Shown: positions 60,931 through 64,000 of the stretch, piece by piece | How positions within the stretch are numbered: the stretch's first letter is position 1 | How the letters are laid out: every line of letters begins with the position of its first letter | DNA from: Camelus ferus | Lineage: Eukaryota | Assembly (NCBI RefSeq): GCF_009834535.1 | Contig: NC_045696.1 | Coordinates: 108,254,001-108,318,000, forward strand | DNA: 64,000 bases | Direction: 5' to 3' | Notes under the pieces: generated by a model | The model's input: only the letters and a program-made list of their open reading frames with translations | Told to the model about the DNA's origin: nothing | The model's database searches: none | Program-made: the position numbers and the translations under genes

Positions 60931-62639
60931 TCTGTCACACACTGAATTCAGCCCCTTGTCAATGAAAACCCTTCACGGTAAGGCACTAGGCCAACATCTT
61001 GCCTCATACTGTTTTGTCTTTTAATAACTCTGGTTTAGAGCTTTCTGTTTTCAGTTTTCGTAAAAGCCAGTGCTAGCATCTCTTCCCAATTCTAAGTTCA
61101 GTGACATCACATTGGTAGCTTGACATTGGCGTGGTAGGAATATTTATACCATGGAAATGAGTAAAAGCTACACATCAGAAAAAGCTTTTCTTCTTCCAGA
61201 GAGTTGGTTTACCAGCACATCGAACATTGGGCTGAGCCTCTTCCTATTCTGTACAGCTTGTTTTATCTGTCCCTTTCAATTGCTTCGTAACATAGTTTTG
61301 GAACATGATTCTGTCATCCAATGTATTTTCTACCCCTCTCCAATTTATACTATCCACGGATGAGAGAAGTGTATCTTCTACATCTTCACTGAGCTGTCAA
61401 CTCAGCTTTAAGGGTTGGGAGTGGGGATCTCCCTCCAGATGCACTTGCTCCAATAATCAACATTTTTATTCCTCTACTAATAACCAACATTTATTGAGCA
61501 TTTACTATGCACTAAGCAGCATTCTAAGCTTTTCCATCATATTTAAATATTGTAATTCCCTTCAGAACCCTATGAAGCATGGATTTGAGGTCCAAAGAAG
61601 CTGAACTCTGTTCCTCAAAGGGTCTCTATAGTTAGCTGATGGCTGAGCTGGGATTCAAACCCAGTTTGCTACCTTCCTTTACCCAACTTCACTTCAGTCC
61701 AATCTTGGAGAAGCTCTCTGATCTACAAGGATACCACAGGGGGTCAGGCAGGTTGGATTCCATGACCAGTGGGATTCAGCAGGCAGTGAAGAGCCACTGG
61801 AAGCTTTTGTGTGAGACAGTGATTAATTTTCACACAGCATTTAGGATATTTTGTCAGGCTAGAGTATGACAGATTGGCTTACGCAGGCGAAAGACCAGGG
61901 GCAAGAAAAACACTTGGGGCGTTACAGTGATTGTTACGGCCACTCCTTTACGTGGGGCTTCTGTTCCAACGGCACCAGTTTCCTTACTGGCTCAGTTTAC
62001 TCACCAAGTCTTTGTTACACTATCTCCTTGGTCCAGGGTATATTTCTCCATCTGCTTTATGTCTTTATATGTATATACAAATAGTTTTAAAATAACTGTA
62101 GATATATTATTATTATTATTATTACATTCTCCCACATCATTCCTTTTAAGTACTCACCATCTGATTCACACAGTTTTGATTTGATCATTTCCCACATATT
62201 TATTATTTCTTACTGTGAGTCTTTAGCTTCCTCAAGGGCAGGGCATGCGTCTTAGACTTTGGCGTGCTCTGCAGTGCTGAGATCATCACAGCTATCGCAT
62301 AAATGCTTGTGGAATATAAGAATGCATAAATAACTCTCCATTTTTTTTTTCCACTGGCAAGCTCATTGACAATAGGTGCCCGGAGTAATATAATTAGAAA
62401 GCTCCAAAATAAAATTGTGTTAAGGAACTACTTAAACACTGTAAAGAAAAGTAGAAAAGACAGCCAATTAGTCCCTACAAGCACCCATGATTTCTACATA
62501 ATAGAAGAAGTCATTTATTGGATTTAGTTGACTTAGGTTCCTGGTTGCAGGCTGTCCCCTGAGTCCTTGATTGCTTCATCCAAAAGGAGGAAGGAAGGGG
62601 TCCCATCAGGGTCAGATTATAAAGAAGGAACAACCCTGA

Positions 62640-62860
62640 GCTCCCAATGTGTGCAGACGTTCTGCTAAACACACTTTCTTTTGGCCTTCATCATAAATGT
62701 GCCAGGTATGTTTTGTTATCCCCTTTGAAAGATGAGAAAACTAAGCTTTGAAAGGATGCATAACTTGTTTAAGAATACACAGCTGGGAAGAAGCAGACAA
62801 GATCAAGTCCATTTCTATCTAGCTCTAAAAACAATGTTTTTAATTGTTTCCATACAGGAC
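62640..62860 (-). mobile_element. MIR SINE
   Basis: gttatcccctttgaaagatgagaaaactaagc...taacttgtttaagaatacacagct. Confidence 0.7.
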
Positions 62861-64000
62861 TAGACTGGTAATGTAAATGTGTGAACTGGCGAGGTCTAAG
62901 AAAATTGGGAGAAGTATGCAAGTTCTGTTTAAAGGCATTCAGAAACAAAATTTAAAGACTGCTAGCCAAGAATGCAACCAAAAAAATCCATGTGTGCAGA
63001 CTAGACTTACCATTTGCACCTTTTATTTTTAATAAGGCACTGTGCCCAGTTTGGAGTGGGAGGCGTGGGTCTCTCTGGCATTTTCTGTGATGGCTGCTCT
63101 TAGCTGGTGAAGCCAGTCTGGAGCCCCCACTAACCCATTAGGGTGAAAAGCAGGCCATGTGGAGGTTGTGAGAGCAAAGAGGTGGTCCAGAGATACAGCT
63201 TAGGTGACACTCTTAAAGACAGGCAGAGCTGGGCTGTCTGCCGACAGGACCCAGCAAGGAGAGTGGGGTACAGCCACAGACTGGTGTGTGGCATGAGATC
63301 TGGGGGCCCCAGACAACAGAGTGTCAGGAAAATATAGGAACACACAGGTCAGCTGATTCTAGAAAAAAACACAGGTGGCCTCAGAGAGACCAGCAGGTGA
63401 TGGGGAAGGTAGGTGAGGAGGTAGTTGGGGCAGAGAGGTCAAGGGGAGGGATTCCAAACTACAGCTCCAAGGCTGCTGTATTCAAGGTTGGCCTTCTCTC
63501 TCCAGAGGCCAGAGGAGAGGATGCAGGGCCTTCTTTGGGAGGTCAGGTGGGGTTTAAGCTCAGGAGGTAAAAACAGAGTTCTGGGAGTTGTTTTCTAGAA
63601 CTTGCCCTGGGCAATGGAGGTTCCTGTCCCAATCCTTACAATTCATCACATACACACAGAGTAGAATCTATGTAAGAGCACAGGGGCACCTCTGTCACTT
63701 GAGATACAGCTGTCATTACTGCTGCATCACAACCTATGACCCTGAACATTTGCTCTCAGGACTAACACTGTTCAGGCCCCAGGGAAATGCTTCTCCATGT
63801 CTCTTGCTGTACGTCTTTGAAACACAAATCAACTCCTTCAGGTAAATGGGTGTTGGACTGTTGTCCTGAGAGAAAGAACAGGGAGAACTGGAGCAGTGGA
63901 AGCACTTAGCTAAGAGAAAAGACAAATTAGCAAGTCAACTCCTTCCTCTTAGGCAACTTGAATGCAGCAGGTTCTGCCATCATAAAGTATAATTTTCAAG

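Noticed and set aside
63030..63510. Possible very old LTR (also ~12830-13270 and ~56230-56600)
   Set aside because: Purine-rich LTR-like texture only; no termini or consensus match I can verify
1..64000. CRISPR arrays, operons, prokaryotic or viral defence systems; assignment to a named host gene locus
   Set aside because: Sequence is mammalian; no repeat-spacer array and no identifiable coding exon to anchor a locus

Overview
Mammalian genomic DNA, CpG-poor and with no CpG island. It is almost certainly camelid (camel/alpaca/llama), judged from a Vic-1-type tRNA-derived SINE at 49254-49398 and two copies of a young lineage-specific L1. I recognise no host protein-coding gene. The only ORF-track entries with real homology are transposon remnants (L1 ORF2 C-terminus, ERVL protease region). 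Reading by eye also gives ERVL gag and CR1 reverse-transcriptase fragments. The window looks intergenic or intronic and is packed with layered repeats: young L1s with target-site duplications (TSDs), two twin-primed (5'-inverted) L1s, old L1M, L2, CR1/L3, MIR, MaLR LTRs, an ERV1-class solo LTR, a decayed ERVL provirus and hAT DNA transposons. The most unusual structure is at 40.8-46.5 kb. Two ~90-110 bp same-orientation copies of nearby DNA (donors 1.1 and 1.6 kb away, both ~10% diverged) are each inserted into an L2 element with microhomology at the junctions. They flank a unique segment carrying tandem perfect POU octamers and a MEF2 site. Two candidate spliced exons of unknown, probably non-coding, transcripts are noted. 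I found no convincing novel gene system. Repeat subfamily names are recalled from consensus sequences by eye, and boundaries of old repeats are approximate (tens of bp).
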